A stretch of DNA of 64,000 bases, taken from positions 16,740,001 through 16,804,000 of the forward strand of contig OX597815.1 in the NCBI GenBank assembly GCA_951406725.2, in the 5' to 3' direction. Position 1 is the stretch's first letter. Every line of letters starts with the position of its first letter. This stretch comes from Octopus vulgaris. Lineage: Eukaryota. Under the pieces are notes generated by a model that was not told where the DNA came from, did no database searches, and worked only from the letters and a program-made list of their open reading frames with translations. Shown piece by piece: positions 1 to 14,059 of the stretch. The position numbers and the translations under genes are program-made.

Positions 1-1749
1 GCGTGTACACATACAGAAAAATAATGTCGGTCTGTTTGCATAAAAACGTGTAAACACGCAAAACGTTGTTTCATACATCCATACAACGAAAACAAGCTCA
101 CTGGCGCACACTAACACATACACACGTAGATGTGTGTGTGCCACATATACATTTACATCCATACATGTATTGTTATCATTGAGTAGAAAGCCAAACTATC
201 TTTATTGAGTATGAAATAACACACTTACAATATAAAAGGCCTTCCTTAGCTTTCAACACTCTACGCAAATAGTTTGAAGCAACAATAGCCAAGCTTTTCA
301 TATTTGCATGTAAATGATTTAACTTTTCGGGAAAATATGCTAAATAATGCTAATACCACGTGATTTGCATTTGAAGGAGTTTTTTTTTATCTTTAATTTT
401 CCATTCGTATTCTTTAGATATCGGAAAAGCCATTATTCTAAACAATCCGAAGATTCGTAAAAAAATAGCAAAAATGAAAAAAAAAAAAAAAAAAAATCCT
501 CCCAGAAGAAGAAAATGGAAAGCGAAAATATCTTAGTAGAACTAACAGATCCTTGAATACATGAAATAATTTTGTGTAACCATTAAAAAGATACCAGCTA
601 GGTTTCGGATATCTTGGAATTTTATTCCACTTCTATTGAGATATTCTGTCATTTAAGAAGATAATATACAAAAAAGTGTATAATTAATGAACTTATTAAC
701 TGCTTCTGTAATATATTATAATATCTTTAGCATATAACTGATAAAGTCTCAATGGTGTGCCATTTTCAGGTAAGTTTGTAGAATTTGTCCCCTAAAATTT
801 TAGTTAACTGTTATTTTGCACAACGATAAATTAAAGTTCGATTTTGGTGTAGAGTTGAGGAAAGTAGTGAATGAAGCTCCAGGAGATAAGCATTTGAAAA
901 ATATATTTTCAGTTCAAATAGAGAAACGGCCCAAAATTCTATATTATTTTCACTCCAATATTTAATATTTTTATATTTATTCAATATCTATATTTATAAA
1001 CAGTCTGTTTCTATATGTTATATATCATCTGTATAGAATTAATTATGTCATATTCGTGTAGTATATTCTAGTAATTTTTTTCATTTTTATCAGGAAGAGA
1101 AGAACAGAATAAGCGAAAAAAAATTTTGTACCTGTCCCAGAGAAAAAAGAATTCAAAGGTCCATTCAATCTAGAGATATTATCAAGGGACTAAGTTACCC
1201 GTAGTAAATAATGAAGGAGTATTATATAAATGATGGCGTTTCGTTGGTTGACTGTGCTGTACTGAAATCTCGACATGATTATTTTGGTTTGGAGGGGATT
1301 GACATAACTAGAGACACAACATAAAGACAAAATTCTTCATTGATGCTTTAAAGTCTACACAGGTTAAGGGATTCATCCAACTCCTGTTACATGGCATTAA
1401 TTGGCATAAAAAATGAGGAAACTAATTTTCTTTTTATAAAAGTTAGCTACAGAGACATTCAATAGCCTTCTCTGTTATCTATCCATAACATTTAAAGGCA
1501 TCCCAGACTGGACGAGACTAATGCAGTTGATGTTCAATTTCAATGTTTGCCAGTCGATATAGAATCGAGATGGAATTATAGCAGTTGTAGTTTAGAGGGG
1601 AAATGACTGGGAGAAAAGTTTAATATATGGTCATGACTATAAGGTTGTCGAGAATAGGAGAGACAAGTTGAGTAGTTGTAGAATAGGCAGAAAGAATGAG
1701 TGAACGAATAAGATAGAGCGATAGATATATAGATAGATAGAAAGTGATA

Positions 1750-2049
1750 GTTTGTTCCTTCTCGAGCTATGCCTGGCTCATAAGGGCCGGTTTCCCGGTT
1801 TCCTTGGTGTATAGGTTCTCCACCTGGACAGGACGCCGGTCCGTCGCAGGTGAGCTGCAAGATGCAGGAAGAAAGAGAGAGAAAATTGTGGGGAAAGCGT
1901 CAGCAGAAGTTCGCCATTACCTTCTGCCGGAGCCATGTGGAGCTTAGGTGTTTCGCTCATAAGCACACACATCGCCCGGTCTGAGATTCGAACCCGCGAT
2001 CCCTCGACCGCGAGTCCGCTGCTCTAACCACTAGGCCAAGTGCCTCTAC
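1750..2049 (-). mobile_element. tRNA-derived SINE, family C (V-domain-like 3' region)
   Basis: Minus strand shows A-box TGGCCTAGTGG and B-box GGTTCGAATC; near-identical copies at 8710-9021 and 27563-27867. Confidence 0.9.
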
Positions 2050-2304
2050 AAATAAATGCGCCCTTTTAAAGCATAGCCAGGCTCATGGGCCCGGTTTCCC
2101 GGTTTCTATGGCGTATGTGTTCCCCAGCTGGACGGGACGCCAGTCCATCGCAGCGTTACTCATTTTTGCCTGCTGAGTGGACTGGAGCAACGTGAAATGA
2201 AGTGTTTTGCTCAAGAACACAACGCGTCGCCCGGTCCAGGAATCGAAACCACAATCTTACAATCATGATGCTGACACCCTAACCACTAAGCCACGCGCCT
2301 CCAC
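2050..2304 (-). mobile_element. tRNA-derived SINE, family D (CORE-like middle, 3' region shared with family C)
   Basis: A-box TGGCTTAGTGG, B-box GTTTCGATTCC, CORE-like TTGTGTTCTTGAGCAAAACACTT, then GCGATGGACTGGCGTCCCGTCCAG...GAAACCGGGAAACCGG. Confidence 0.85.
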
Positions 2305-2305
2305 T

Positions 2306-2388
2306 AGAGAGCGAGAGAGAGAGCGAGAGAGAGAGAGAGAGAAAGAGAAAGAGAGAGAGAGAAAGAGAGAGAGAGAGAAAGAGAGGAG
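2306..2388. repeat. (GA)n microsatellite
   Basis: Visible directly. Confidence 0.95.
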
Positions 2389-3873
2389 ATGGTGTATGTC
2401 TCTAATTAGGTTGACCAAGTTAACTCAGTTGCAAAGAGATGACTTTAATAGAGATATTTTGTCACAATAAGCAAAACAGGAATATTACAGAGATAATTTT
2501 TGTTGTTGCAGTAGCGATAGAATGAGAGGGAAGAGTCTGCGTGGGTTAGACGCCGCAGTATACTTGTCAGGGAATCTGTAGCATCAGTCTTGTCAAGTAT
2601 GCAGATTAAGCTGTATGTCTGTCTAGCAGTGGTAGTACTGTCTCAGATATGAAAGCAGTACTGTAATATAGAGTCCAGACTTGAGCGTTGTAGTGACTCA
2701 GAATGTAAAGGATCAGAATTGAAGAATTTTCTGTTCCTAAGATACATTAAAGTCTTTGATATCAAGTTTTGGCGATGCTGTATATGTTAAATCGTCAGGT
2801 GGAATCTCCAGATTTAACTGATTGTGCAACATTAAGTAGATTAAATCCGAGAAGTTACTCAAGCTATTTGCTGCACGTTATGAACGTTAGTACTATGGAT
2901 TTTATGTCTCAGATATTTCCTTTGAGAGAAGCAAATGCTCTGCCTCATCATATTCCTTCAAATGTTTTCTATACATTAAGGTGACTTTACTTGGTATTAT
3001 TAAATATTCACAAATTTTTGTTAAATCTTTTCTACACTGAAATCATCAAATTACTAGCAATGTCTTTCCTAGGTTTTTATACTTGCATTTTTATATAAGT
3101 TTGAAAATGAAAAAAATATTATAAAACTGTTAAGGGTTCGTCTACTTAAGTAAATTAATCACAGAGGAGAATGTTAATATTTTACGTCTAAATCTAAATA
3201 ATTAAGTTAATGAAGATAACGGTTCCTAATAAATCACAAACCACTTTAATCCCTTACTATCTGAATAACTTTCTCATATGTCTATCCGATCAGGCTTGAG
3301 CTGGAGGATCAACAACAGCTAGTACTTATTTTATAAATCTTAGAAAGATGAGAGGCAAAATTAATCGTGGTAGGGTTTGAACTAAAGGCGTAAAACGTAA
3401 AGGAAATTAACTAAATAATAAAAGAAGTTTTGTCAAACGTTCTATCGATTCAATCACCGCTCTACAATCCGCCATTTTTCTCTCACAGCCACAACTGTTT
3501 TCTATCGGAGCCTATACGTACAGTCGATAAAAATACTAGAAATCCTTCAAATTAAAACCTATCGTTTTATAGAAAGAAAGGATACCATGACTAATGTGGT
3601 CAGATTTCCTGTTTCTGCTTTAAGTCCAAACATATTTAAGACAGTGTTGGTTTTCGCACTCGCTTACCACCACTTTGTAGAATTTTTCCGGGTAGTGGCT
3701 TTCTCGTCATTTCTTCTGCAAAATATTTTGGAAGACTCCTCAATCATTTATACAAAAAATGATATACAAGAAATTTGTTGGTCAAAAATGATCTGTAGCT
3801 AAACAACAATCCCCACCATTTATTGCCTCTTTCTTTTATTCCGGCAGCAGTGTGACAGGGTTATCGATCTTTT

Positions 3874-4625
3874 CTTATTTCTTTACTGCCCAAAAGGGGC
3901 TAAACACAGAGGAGACAAACAAGGACAGACAAACGGATGAAGTCGATTATATCGACCCCAGTGCGTAACTGGTACTTATTTAATCGACCCCGAAAGGATG
4001 AAAGGCAAAGTCGACCTCGGCGGAATTTGAACTCAGAACGTAAAGACAGACGAAATACCTATATCTTTACTACCCACAAGGGGCTAAACACAGAGAGGAC
4101 AAACAAGGACAGACAAACGGATTAAGTCGATTGTATTGATCCCAGTGCGTAACTGGTACTTATTTAATCGACTCCGGAAGGATGAAAGGCAAAGTCGACC
4201 TCGGCGGAATTTGAACTCAGAACGTAGCGGCAGACGAAATACCTATTTCTTTACTACCCACAAGGGGCTAAACATAGAGAGGACAAACAAGGACAGACAA
4301 ACGGATTAAGTCGATTATATCGAAAGGATGAAAGGCAAAGTCGACCTCGGCGGAATTTGAACTCAGAACGTAGCGGCAGACGAAATACTTATTTCTTTAC
4401 TACCCACAAGGGGCTAAACACAGAGAGGACAAACAAGGACAGACAAACGGATTAAGTCGATTACATCGACACCACCCAGTGCGTAACTGGTACTTGTTTA
4501 ATCGACTCCGGAAGGATGAAAGGCAAAGTCGACCTCGGCGGAATTTGAACTCAGAACGTAGTGACAGACGAAATACGGCTACGCATTTCGCCCGGCGTGC
4601 TAACGTTTCTGCCAGCTTGCCGCCT
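3874..4625 (-). mobile_element. Multimeric SINE family A: one tRNA head plus four tandem ~180-bp body/tail units
   Basis: Head GGCGGCAAGCTGGCAGAAACGTTAGC at 4625; unit GGTATTTCGTCTG...GAGTTCAAATTCC...GTCGACTTTGCCTTTCATCC...TAAAGAAATA repeated 4 times, one with an internal deletion. Confidence 0.9.
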
Positions 4626-4693
4626 TTTACTCTCTCTTTTACTCTTTTACTTGTTTCAGTCATTTGACTGCGGCCATGCTGGAGCACCGCCTT
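4626..4693 (-). mobile_element. 3' tail fragment of SINE family B
   Basis: AAAGGCGGTGCTCCAGCATGGCCGCAGTCAAATGACTGAAACAAGTAAAAGAG matches the tail of the full copy at 59961-60369. Confidence 0.85.
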
Positions 4694-4832
4694 TTATCTA
4701 TCTTTTCTTCAGAAACAGAAGCAACTGACGTTCAATGTTAAGCAAACGACGAAAACAAAAGCTAGCTTAAAATCATCTAAATATCCGAAGTTGTTCGACA
4801 CCAAATTGGACCATAAACGATACTCGAGCCTT

Positions 4833-5295
4833 GGATCTTTCCGGTTTGAACGGTAGTTTTTAACATAATTTCCAGGTAACTAAAAAATTTTAAACTTCGT
4901 ATACTGGTAGAATGTGTTTATAAAACATCTTTTTCTCTTGGCTTTATTGAGAAAATTCTATAGTTTGTAAGATATTTGTTGTTTTTTTTTTTCTTCAATT
5001 TCTGCAATTTCAACCAATCAGTGGCGTCTATTGAGTTAAAAAGCATTCTGTGCCGTACGAATATGTCCCTCGTTTAAAAAGTAGATTGGATTTATTTACA
5101 TTTGTGAAGAAAAAAAGATACCTTCTCCCTACCCCTAACCCTAACCCTAACCCTAACTAACCCTAACCCACCCTAACTCTAACCCTAAATCTAAAATAGA
5201 GTGAAATGCAATTGATCGATACTAGGGTCATAATTATGGGTGACAATTTCATATGATACCGCTAGAAAAAACTGCCGTTCAAACAGAAAAGATCC
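4833..5295. mobile_element. MITE with ~29-bp TIRs, 8-bp TSD and internal (CCCTAA)n telomere-type repeats
   Basis: TIRs ggatctttccggtttgaacggtagttttt / aaaaactgccgttcaaacagaaaagatcc; TSD cgagcctt at 4825-4832 and 5296-5303; GG..CC ends with an 8-bp TSD suggest Merlin-like, hAT not excluded. Confidence 0.9.
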
Positions 5296-5807
5296 CGAGC
5301 CTTTAGTAGAAAACCTTTACTTCATGCCATATATTGATTTGATCTTACTCTGGTAAATCTTCATGATTGTGATATAAATTTTAAGAAACAAATTTAAATA
5401 TTTACCATATTATTTTCTATTTAATTAACTATGTAGGAAATAAAAAAAAGTGAAGTTAAACCCAGTAACATTGGAGCAGTGAACTGGAAAGTATTGTCGC
5501 GCGAGATATCCAAGTTGTACGGCCGCAATAATCAGTAGAGTCCCCAATGTCCTTGTTTCCAGCTGATGCGCTCGGAGGTATTCACAGACGTCTTGTTTTC
5601 GCTAGCAATACATTCGTCCTTGTTTCACTTGCAAATTTGTCAAGATTTAATTAGATTTCTTTCTTGCTCCGTGTTAACCGCTAAATGGAATATTCAATAG
5701 CAGCAGCAGGAGCAGCAGCAGCAGCAGCCGCAGCAGTGAACATAAACGCTTCATGGACCAAGGAATAGAAAATCCAACTGAATAGAATCGACTATCGTCA
5801 TTGGGAA

Positions 5808-6330
5808 GGAGTCGAGCTGGCAGAGTGGTTAGCACGCCGGGCGAAATTCTTAGCGGTATTTCGTCTGTCGCTACGTTCTGAGTTCAAATTCTGCCGAGGT
5901 CGTCTTTGCCTTTCATCCTTTCGGGGTCGATAAATAAAGTGCCAGTTAACGCACTGGGGTTGATATAATCGACTTAATCCGTTTGTCTGTCCTTGTTTGT
6001 CCTCTCTATGTTTAGCCCCTTGTGGGTAATAAAGAACTAGGTATTTCGTCTGTCTCTACGTTGTGAGTTCAAATTTCGCCGAGGTCGACTTTGCCTTTAA
6101 TTCCTTTCGGGGTCAATTAAATAAGTACGAATTACACACTGGGGTCGATATAATCGACTTAATCCGTTTGTCCTTGTTTGTCCTCTCTATGTTTATCCCT
6201 TGTGGGTAGTAAAGAAATAGGTATTTTTTCCGATTTTTTTTACGTCCTGAGTTCAAATTCCATCGACGTCAAGTTTGCTTTTTATCTGTTTGATAAAATA
6301 AGTATTAGTCAAGTCGTGGGATGGATGTAA
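5808..6330 (+). mobile_element. Multimeric SINE family A: head, two full units and a decayed third
   Basis: GAGCTGGCAGAGTGGTTAGC head; unit restarts at ggtatttcgtctg (~6040) and ggtatt (~6220). Confidence 0.85.
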
Positions 6331-6404
6331 TCAACAAACTCTCTCCCCTCAAAATTGCGGGACTTGTTTCATAAATTTAAAGCAATTGCTATTGCTTTTG
6401 TTAC

Positions 6405-6790
6405 TGAGTTGGCAGAAATCATTAGCGCGTTGGACAAAATGCATAGCGGTATTTCTTCCGGCTCTTTACGTATTGGGTTCAAAGTCCGTGAAGGTCGACT
6501 TTCTTTTTAGCCTTTCGTTATCTATAAAATAAGTACCAGTCAAATGCTGGGGTCGATGTAATCGATTTATCTCACTCTTCATAATTGCTGGTCTTGTGCT
6601 GGAAGTTGAAACCATCCCAGGCGACGAACTGACAGAATTACCGTGTCGGACCAAAATGTTTCGCGGCATTTTTTCTGGCCTTACGTTTGTGGAGATCGAC
6701 TTTGCCTTTCATTCTTTCGGGGTCGACAAAAAAGTATCAGTCAAGTACGAAGGTCAACTTGCTTTCTCTTCTCAAAATTGCTGGCCCAAT
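6405..6790 (+). mobile_element. Two old diverged family-A-related SINE copies
   Basis: gagttggcagaaatcattagc...gggttcaaa...gtcgactt...taagtaccagtc, and ggcgacgaactgacagaatt...cgactttgcctttcattctttcggggtcga. Confidence 0.7.
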
Positions 6791-7039
6791 GAGTAAGAAT
6801 TATTATTTTTGAGGTTGATTATGGCTAAGCAGTGAAGTCTAAATCAGATGTCTTGTTTCTGCTTTAAGTCCAAACATATTTCAAAGGCATTGTTGGTTTT
6901 CGCACTTACTTACTGCCACTTTGTTGAGTTTTTCAAGACATCGTCTATGGAGTAGCTTTATGTTCATTTACTCAGCAGAATATTTAGGAAGATCCTTCAA
7001 TCATTTTGTTCTTTATTTTTGTTAACATTTTTGTTCAAT

Positions 7040-7130
7040 TCTATATTTAAGAGATGAGGAATTATGTACATGAGAACGGAACCATGGGATAAGCCCCGCT
7101 TTTTTGGGAATTGCCGGGTACGTCAGCTAG
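7040..7130 (+). mobile_element. Possible minimal Helitron remnant
   Basis: Starts TCTATATTTAAG and ends GGGAATTGCCGGGTACGTCAGCTAG followed by T, resembling the termini of the other Helitrons here. Confidence 0.45.
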
Positions 7131-7154
7131 TATATACATATACGTGTATGTATG

Positions 7155-7352
7155 TATGTGTTTGTCCCCCCAACATCGCTTGACAACCGATGTTGGTGTG
7201 TTTGCGTCCCCGTAACTTAGCGGTTCGGCAAAAGACACCGATAGAATAAGTACTAGGCTTACAAAGAATAAGTCCTGGGGTCGATTTGCTCGACTAAAGT
7301 CAAATAACTGAGTCAAATAACTGAGTCAAATAAAAGAGTAAAAGAGTAAGAG
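7155..7352 (+). mobile_element. SINE family B, 3' half
   Basis: tgtttgtccccccaacatcgcttgacaaccgatg...gatagaataagtactaggcttacaaagaataag...aaaagagtaaaagagt. Confidence 0.85.
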
Positions 7353-8709
7353 TAATATAAGTACCAGTCATATACTTGGTTTGATGGAATCGACTATGTT
7401 CTTGTTTGAAAATATATGGTCTTATGTGAGATATAACTTCTAGCCATAAATATAACCTCTTTCTCTTCCGCTTCAGAATCTCAATTTTCATGTATTTTAT
7501 GGTTTCTCGCATCTGAAGTTTCTACTTTATCACTCACTTGGTCTCTCCCTAACTCTCTTTCTCTCTTCCATCCCTCTGTCTTTACATATATTGCGGTGTA
7601 TATTATGTAATGACGTATGCATACACGTCTGCATGTTCATATACTCATATAAACCTGCACATATAGGTAACGTGGTTACGCTTGAAAACACACACACAAA
7701 CTGGCACAGATTACGCGCTTATAGACGCATACACCTATGCATACGAGTACATGTGCACATATAAATCTGCATCCATAGGTTAATAAGTTACACACACACG
7801 TGCACATACAGGTATACACACGTTCACACACTCACATACACACACACAGAGTCGTTCATCTGTATTATTAACATAGTGTAATCTAATAGAGCCTGTGTTT
7901 CAGAAGCCAACTATTGGCTCACAAAACGCATTGACTAGATAACGCTATAACGAAGATTATAGTATAATATTAGAGACCTTTCTTCGGAATACGTCAGAGG
8001 TAGTTATTGCCTGTTGTGAAACAATAACTTTCTTTACTCCATCCACTTCGGTGTTATATTAAAATAGAAACTCAGAGATAAAGATCTCTTGTTATTTTAA
8101 TTTTACATCATCAACACAAGTTGTTACATAATCAACACAATTGTCACAGCTGCTTCTGCCATCATTAACTGGCATCATTCATCATAAATAGTTTCACAGA
8201 AACTGAAATAAAAGTATATTAACAAACCAACAAGAGAACATATATGTGGTCACCACAATTGCTAACAAAATAGCAACCTAAAATTATATCGTTTTATAAA
8301 GGATGTGAACGAGTGACTGGCTGGTTGGATTACTACTTGAACTTAGACGAGGATACACTTTACAAATGTATCAAATCAGAATAAGATAATGTTCACCAAG
8401 ATACATTATTCTTTATTCTTTTTACAGGTATCAGGCCTTGGACTGTGGCTATGTCGGTGCAAACCTTCTTGTAGGGTTTAATCGACTACATCGACCGATA
8501 CTTATTTTAATGATCAAATACCACAGGACGTTTTGTTTGGTGTCCTATTGATTCTGCTAAAATAAGACGGAATGAAATACCAGAACAACTTTGATCTGCT
8601 GTGATATTTGTTTCCGACCTTCTAAATTCTGATTTCACATCCAACGACACTGATGCCAAGCTCTGTCATTCATTGTCTTTCTCATTGGTGGTGTGGAATG
8701 AAGAGACTT

Positions 8710-9021
8710 TTTTTGTTCCTTCTCGAGCCATGCCTGGCTCATAAGGGCCGGTTTCCCGGTTTCCCGGTTTCCTTGGTGTATAGGTTCCCCACCTGGACGG
8801 GACGCCGGTCCGTCGCAGGTGAGCTGCAAGATGCAGGAGGAAAGAGTGAGAGAAAGTTGTGGCGAAAGAGTCAGCAGAAGTTCGCCATTGCCTTCTGCCG
8901 GAGCCGCGTGGAGCTTAGGTGTTTTCGCTCATAAACACACACATCACCCGGTCTGAGATTCGAACCCGCGATCCCTCGACCGCGAGTCCGCTGCTCTAAC
9001 CACTAGGCCATGTGCCTCTAC
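8710..9021 (-). mobile_element. SINE family C with 13-bp TSD
   Basis: Full copy; TSD aatgaagagactt at 8697-8709 and 9022-9034. Confidence 0.92.
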
Positions 9022-10859
9022 AATGAAGAGACTTGAAACATGTTAACTGCTGTTAGGTGTAGATATATGGTCAGTCTTACCCAAGGAAATCTTTTGAGTA
9101 GACATTCGTTATTTTTTCTACCAACGGATTAATAAAACTCTACGGTATAACCACTTTCTTTTCTTTTCAAGGTCAAATTTGTATGCTTATTTAAGAAGAA
9201 TATCTTATACTTCAAGTGATTAAAAACGCTATGTAGTGCACTGCAAATGAATGAACAAACCCTCGTTGTCAGCTCATGCACTGTTATATAAATTAGACAT
9301 CGATCTGAGTCTGGTTTATAAGCACTATAAATATCTATAAGATTCTAATATCTCCATCGAAATTAGATATTTCTTTACTGAACGATGATGAATATTTCCA
9401 GAAGACTAGAAACTAACAAGATCGATCTTAGATTTTCGGTGCACGGTTTAAGGCATGGGGTATAGCCCCTGTGTTTAGTTTTCACGGCGAAGCTAATACT
9501 GAATGCTGACTTTAAAAGCAGTATATTTTACAATTCAGAAATAGGTTTGTTTCTAACAATCATAGTTTAGAAAGATTTTTAATCAAAAAATATTTTGTGT
9601 CGTCGACCAACTTCAAACAGCTATACTCCTGAAACTTCAGAATGTCTATGTGTCTATAGATTTCGACATACATATGTACATGTGTTTGGAAAGAGTTGAA
9701 GTAAATTTATATGGAATTAAGAAACCGCTATCAATTAGATAAAACATAAAAATATAAATAATTAGAAGAAATTAATCTGTCAAAACTAATTGAATAAGTA
9801 AACTGTCAAAACTAATTGAATAAGAAATGTATAAACGAATGGAATTTTTTAAAATCCAACAAGTAATTCTTTTTTCTTTGTGCTCAACTAATAATATTCT
9901 TTTTTTTTTACCATTTTATATAAAATTTCATTTGATTTCTTTTCCGTTCAGAATTATATAAAACTATTTCTACATTTATCTACACAAACCTCTTATCTTA
10001 TAACACAATATTGATCCTCGGTTTTTGATTATCAGAGAAAACTATCTCTACAGTTTCAGATACGTTGATTTCACAAGAAATATATAAAAGTAATTGAGTT
10101 GATTTAGTTGACAAGTAAGTGAGAAAAGATGGATCGAAAATTATCAGAATAACGGAAAAATTGTTATTTTTTATGGTAAAGTGTAAAAATATGAGCAGAT
10201 GTAAATGGAAGTTCGGATAAAATTGAAGCAGAGACGTATTCCTTTCTTCGTTTGCATATATATCAACATTGATTAAGATGAGAACTACAGTAGCTTTGCA
10301 TAAAAACAAATGTATTCGAATATTTTTTATCTATTGTGTAAAAAACAATCCTGTCAACGTTTCATTGTTATCTTTATTAATATCATTTTGAATCTTTGAA
10401 TTGATCTTAATCAAAACTGATCAATGAGACTTGAAAAAGTCATTCGCAGTTCTGCATTACTTGATTTAAAATATTTTGGTTGTGATGTTTAGCCACGTTT
10501 GGTTTATGTAACATAATAAAGGAAACTGTATTCTTTATCCACTAAAATAATTACTAATTATGAAAAACAAGGGAACAAATTACAATAAAATTATTTTCTC
10601 CAACTTATTGCGATATCTACGCAAAACGGTGAAATGTAGTCCAAAAGGAGTATGTAGGTTGTTCCGTAGAATCTGCCAAGGGGGTCTATCACAAAAGCAA
10701 CGAAAACAACATGTACAATGAAAATAATGTATGGAACATCGAATTGTGACTTCTGGTACAACTCAATACATCATTTATTTTGTTGTCGTCTGGAAAATCT
10801 GAACCACAGCTGCAACATTGTTAGCACACATAAACTAACCGGAACACTGTTTATGGGTA

Positions 10860-11666
<807 letters not shown>

Positions 11667-14059
11667 TTTTATTCTTTCGACGACTATATATAAAGGCTAC
11701 ACACGCATACACATATGCTCTCACATTTATATTCATATATTAGTCAATGAAATTCCAACATACTTCGATTTTCACATTCTAATTTTGAAATTTTACAATT
11801 TTACATTTCTATATTTTACAATGTTTATAACTTTCAGGTAAATTTTTATGTAGTAGCATTCACAATCTGTTAATGTGCTTCACACTTGATAACAGTTGTG
11901 GAATGACTTCGTGTTTCCTTGAAATACTTTTAAATACCTTTAAATACCCTCCGATAGGCTGAAGCTTACGAACACTATTTTAACCAATGACTGTGCGGTT
12001 TATACTCTTGCACTGTACTGTTACAGGTACAACTATTTTATCACTAAGATTTTGAAAGTACTGTTAAAGAACCTAAAATACACACACACATACACACACG
12101 TACGCATGCATGCATGCACGTACACAATCACGTACTCACACATGCACTCATACATTAGAAGGATGGGAAAGATTAGAGATAAATTCATAACAGGAAATAC
12201 GCAAAAATGCGCACAATTATGTCTTCCGTAGGAATTGTTAGAAAGATTGTGTGTGTAACTTAATTAAAAAATACTAAAAATAAACACTAATGAGAAAATG
12301 TTTAGAAAATAGTTTAATGTTAGAAAAGATAATCGCGGAAGCTATTAAGGAAATTAAATATGTAATTATAATAATCAACGTTTGTTAGTCATTATAGATT
12401 TAGAGTTTCCCATCGCATTTTGAGGGTCTGCTGAATGATAAATATAAAAATACGTGAAGATAAGCATTGATATGTAGAAAACTAAACATTTAAAAAAATT
12501 ATTAGTTTCAGCTCAGAGCTGCGGCCATGCTGACGCACCGCCATTTAGAGGTAATTTAGAAATTGAATACAAGCAAAAATGGAATGAACCAAGTGAAGAA
12601 CTGGTGGACATCAGATGTCTAATGTAGAGATGGTTGCAACATCTCTCTCTCAATGTGAAATTGAATAGGTTAGTAAAAAAATTATAAGTGATGATAATCT
12701 CAAATTGATAAGCAAAAATTTTAATTAAAAAATAATTAGAAAACACTGAGAAAATGTTTAGAAAATAGTTTAATGTTAGAAAAGTATTTAAACTATTAAG
12801 GAAGATTAAATATGTACCATTATAATAATCAATTATTATAGTATTATAGATTTAGATTTCCCATCGCAAAAATTTATTTTTGTTTTCACAGTTCCTAAAA
12901 CTCAAATATGCTTTCATTAATGTTTCCGCATCATGTATTTTTCAGTTATTCATTGATTGATTGATTGACTCTAGTTTCAGCTCACGAGCTGTGGCCATGC
13001 TGGATCTCAAATTGATAAGCAAAAATTTTAATTAAAAGGAATAATTAGAAAACACAGAAAGGTCCTGAAAATAGACTTACGTGTATGCAGTATAAAGGCT
13101 TGCTTGCAGGAAGAGTAAATTTACCATTTACTGAATCATTATATAATTATTCTTTAAAAATTATTATATATTATTTAGTTTTATATTTCTTTGACAAAAA
13201 TTTATTTTTGTTTTCACAGTTCCTAAAACTCAAATATGCTTTCATTAATGTTTCCGCATCATGTATTTTTCAGTTATTCATTGATTGATTGATTGACTCT
13301 AGTTTCAGCTCACGAGCTGTGGCCATGCTGGGGCACCGCCATTTATATATTTTTAAATATTTATATATTTTTAAATATTTTCTCCATCGTTTTATTCTGT
13401 TTCACCTTTCTTACTAGTTATAATTATACAGGTCTTTCCAATCATAATATACCTTAATAATGTGTTTTAATTGTATCCAACTATTTAGACATTAATAATA
13501 CTTGCCTATATTGCCAATTTTACGTTATTTCTGACACTCAATTCCTTCCACATTCTAATTTCGACTTAAGCCCAATTAGTACACCAAATTACATTTGTTT
13601 GTATAACGCTTATAACTACATTATGTTCATCGCTCCAAAACGTTTTCACTACATAATCAGTCCACATAATTATAATCTAAACCGCACCTACTATTTACAT
13701 TGACACCTATCATCTCTTTCATAAACACCCGGATATTAAAATAGCTGTCTTACAATTAGAATAAACCTCCCAAAAACTGATAAACATGATTATAAAAGCA
13801 AATAAATAGCTTTAAATTTTGGCACAAAGCCAGTAATTTTACAGGGAGGAGCTTAATCGATTACATCGACCCTTGTACTGGGACTTAAATCGATGAAAGG
13901 CAAACTCAACTTCGAACACGGCTCCTTATTACAATCCGAACTAATCACTCATATTCATATGTACATTATTTTCCATTACATCGACCACCTACTGCCACAT
14001 ATAATTGTTTCTTGTACCCTTACATAAACTCCCTTAATATATATATATATATATATATA

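Noticed and set aside
731-1362. Possible plus-strand exons (731-769 with tag/gtaagt; acceptor at 1093)
   Set aside because: Splice-like signals only, with no sustained reading frame; cannot be supported without RNA data
3874-4625. Tandem ~180-bp array as a possible CRISPR or satellite
   Set aside because: No unique spacers, eukaryotic context, and the units are SINE bodies
4479-4667. Recurring MRNWYL..RKDERQSRPRRNLNSER ORF (also 17220, 23872, 25673, 26563)
   Set aside because: Antisense translation of SINE family A, not a protein family
5132-5187. (CCCTAA)n as a true telomere or fusion site
   Set aside because: Short, degenerate and inside a TIR/TSD-bounded MITE
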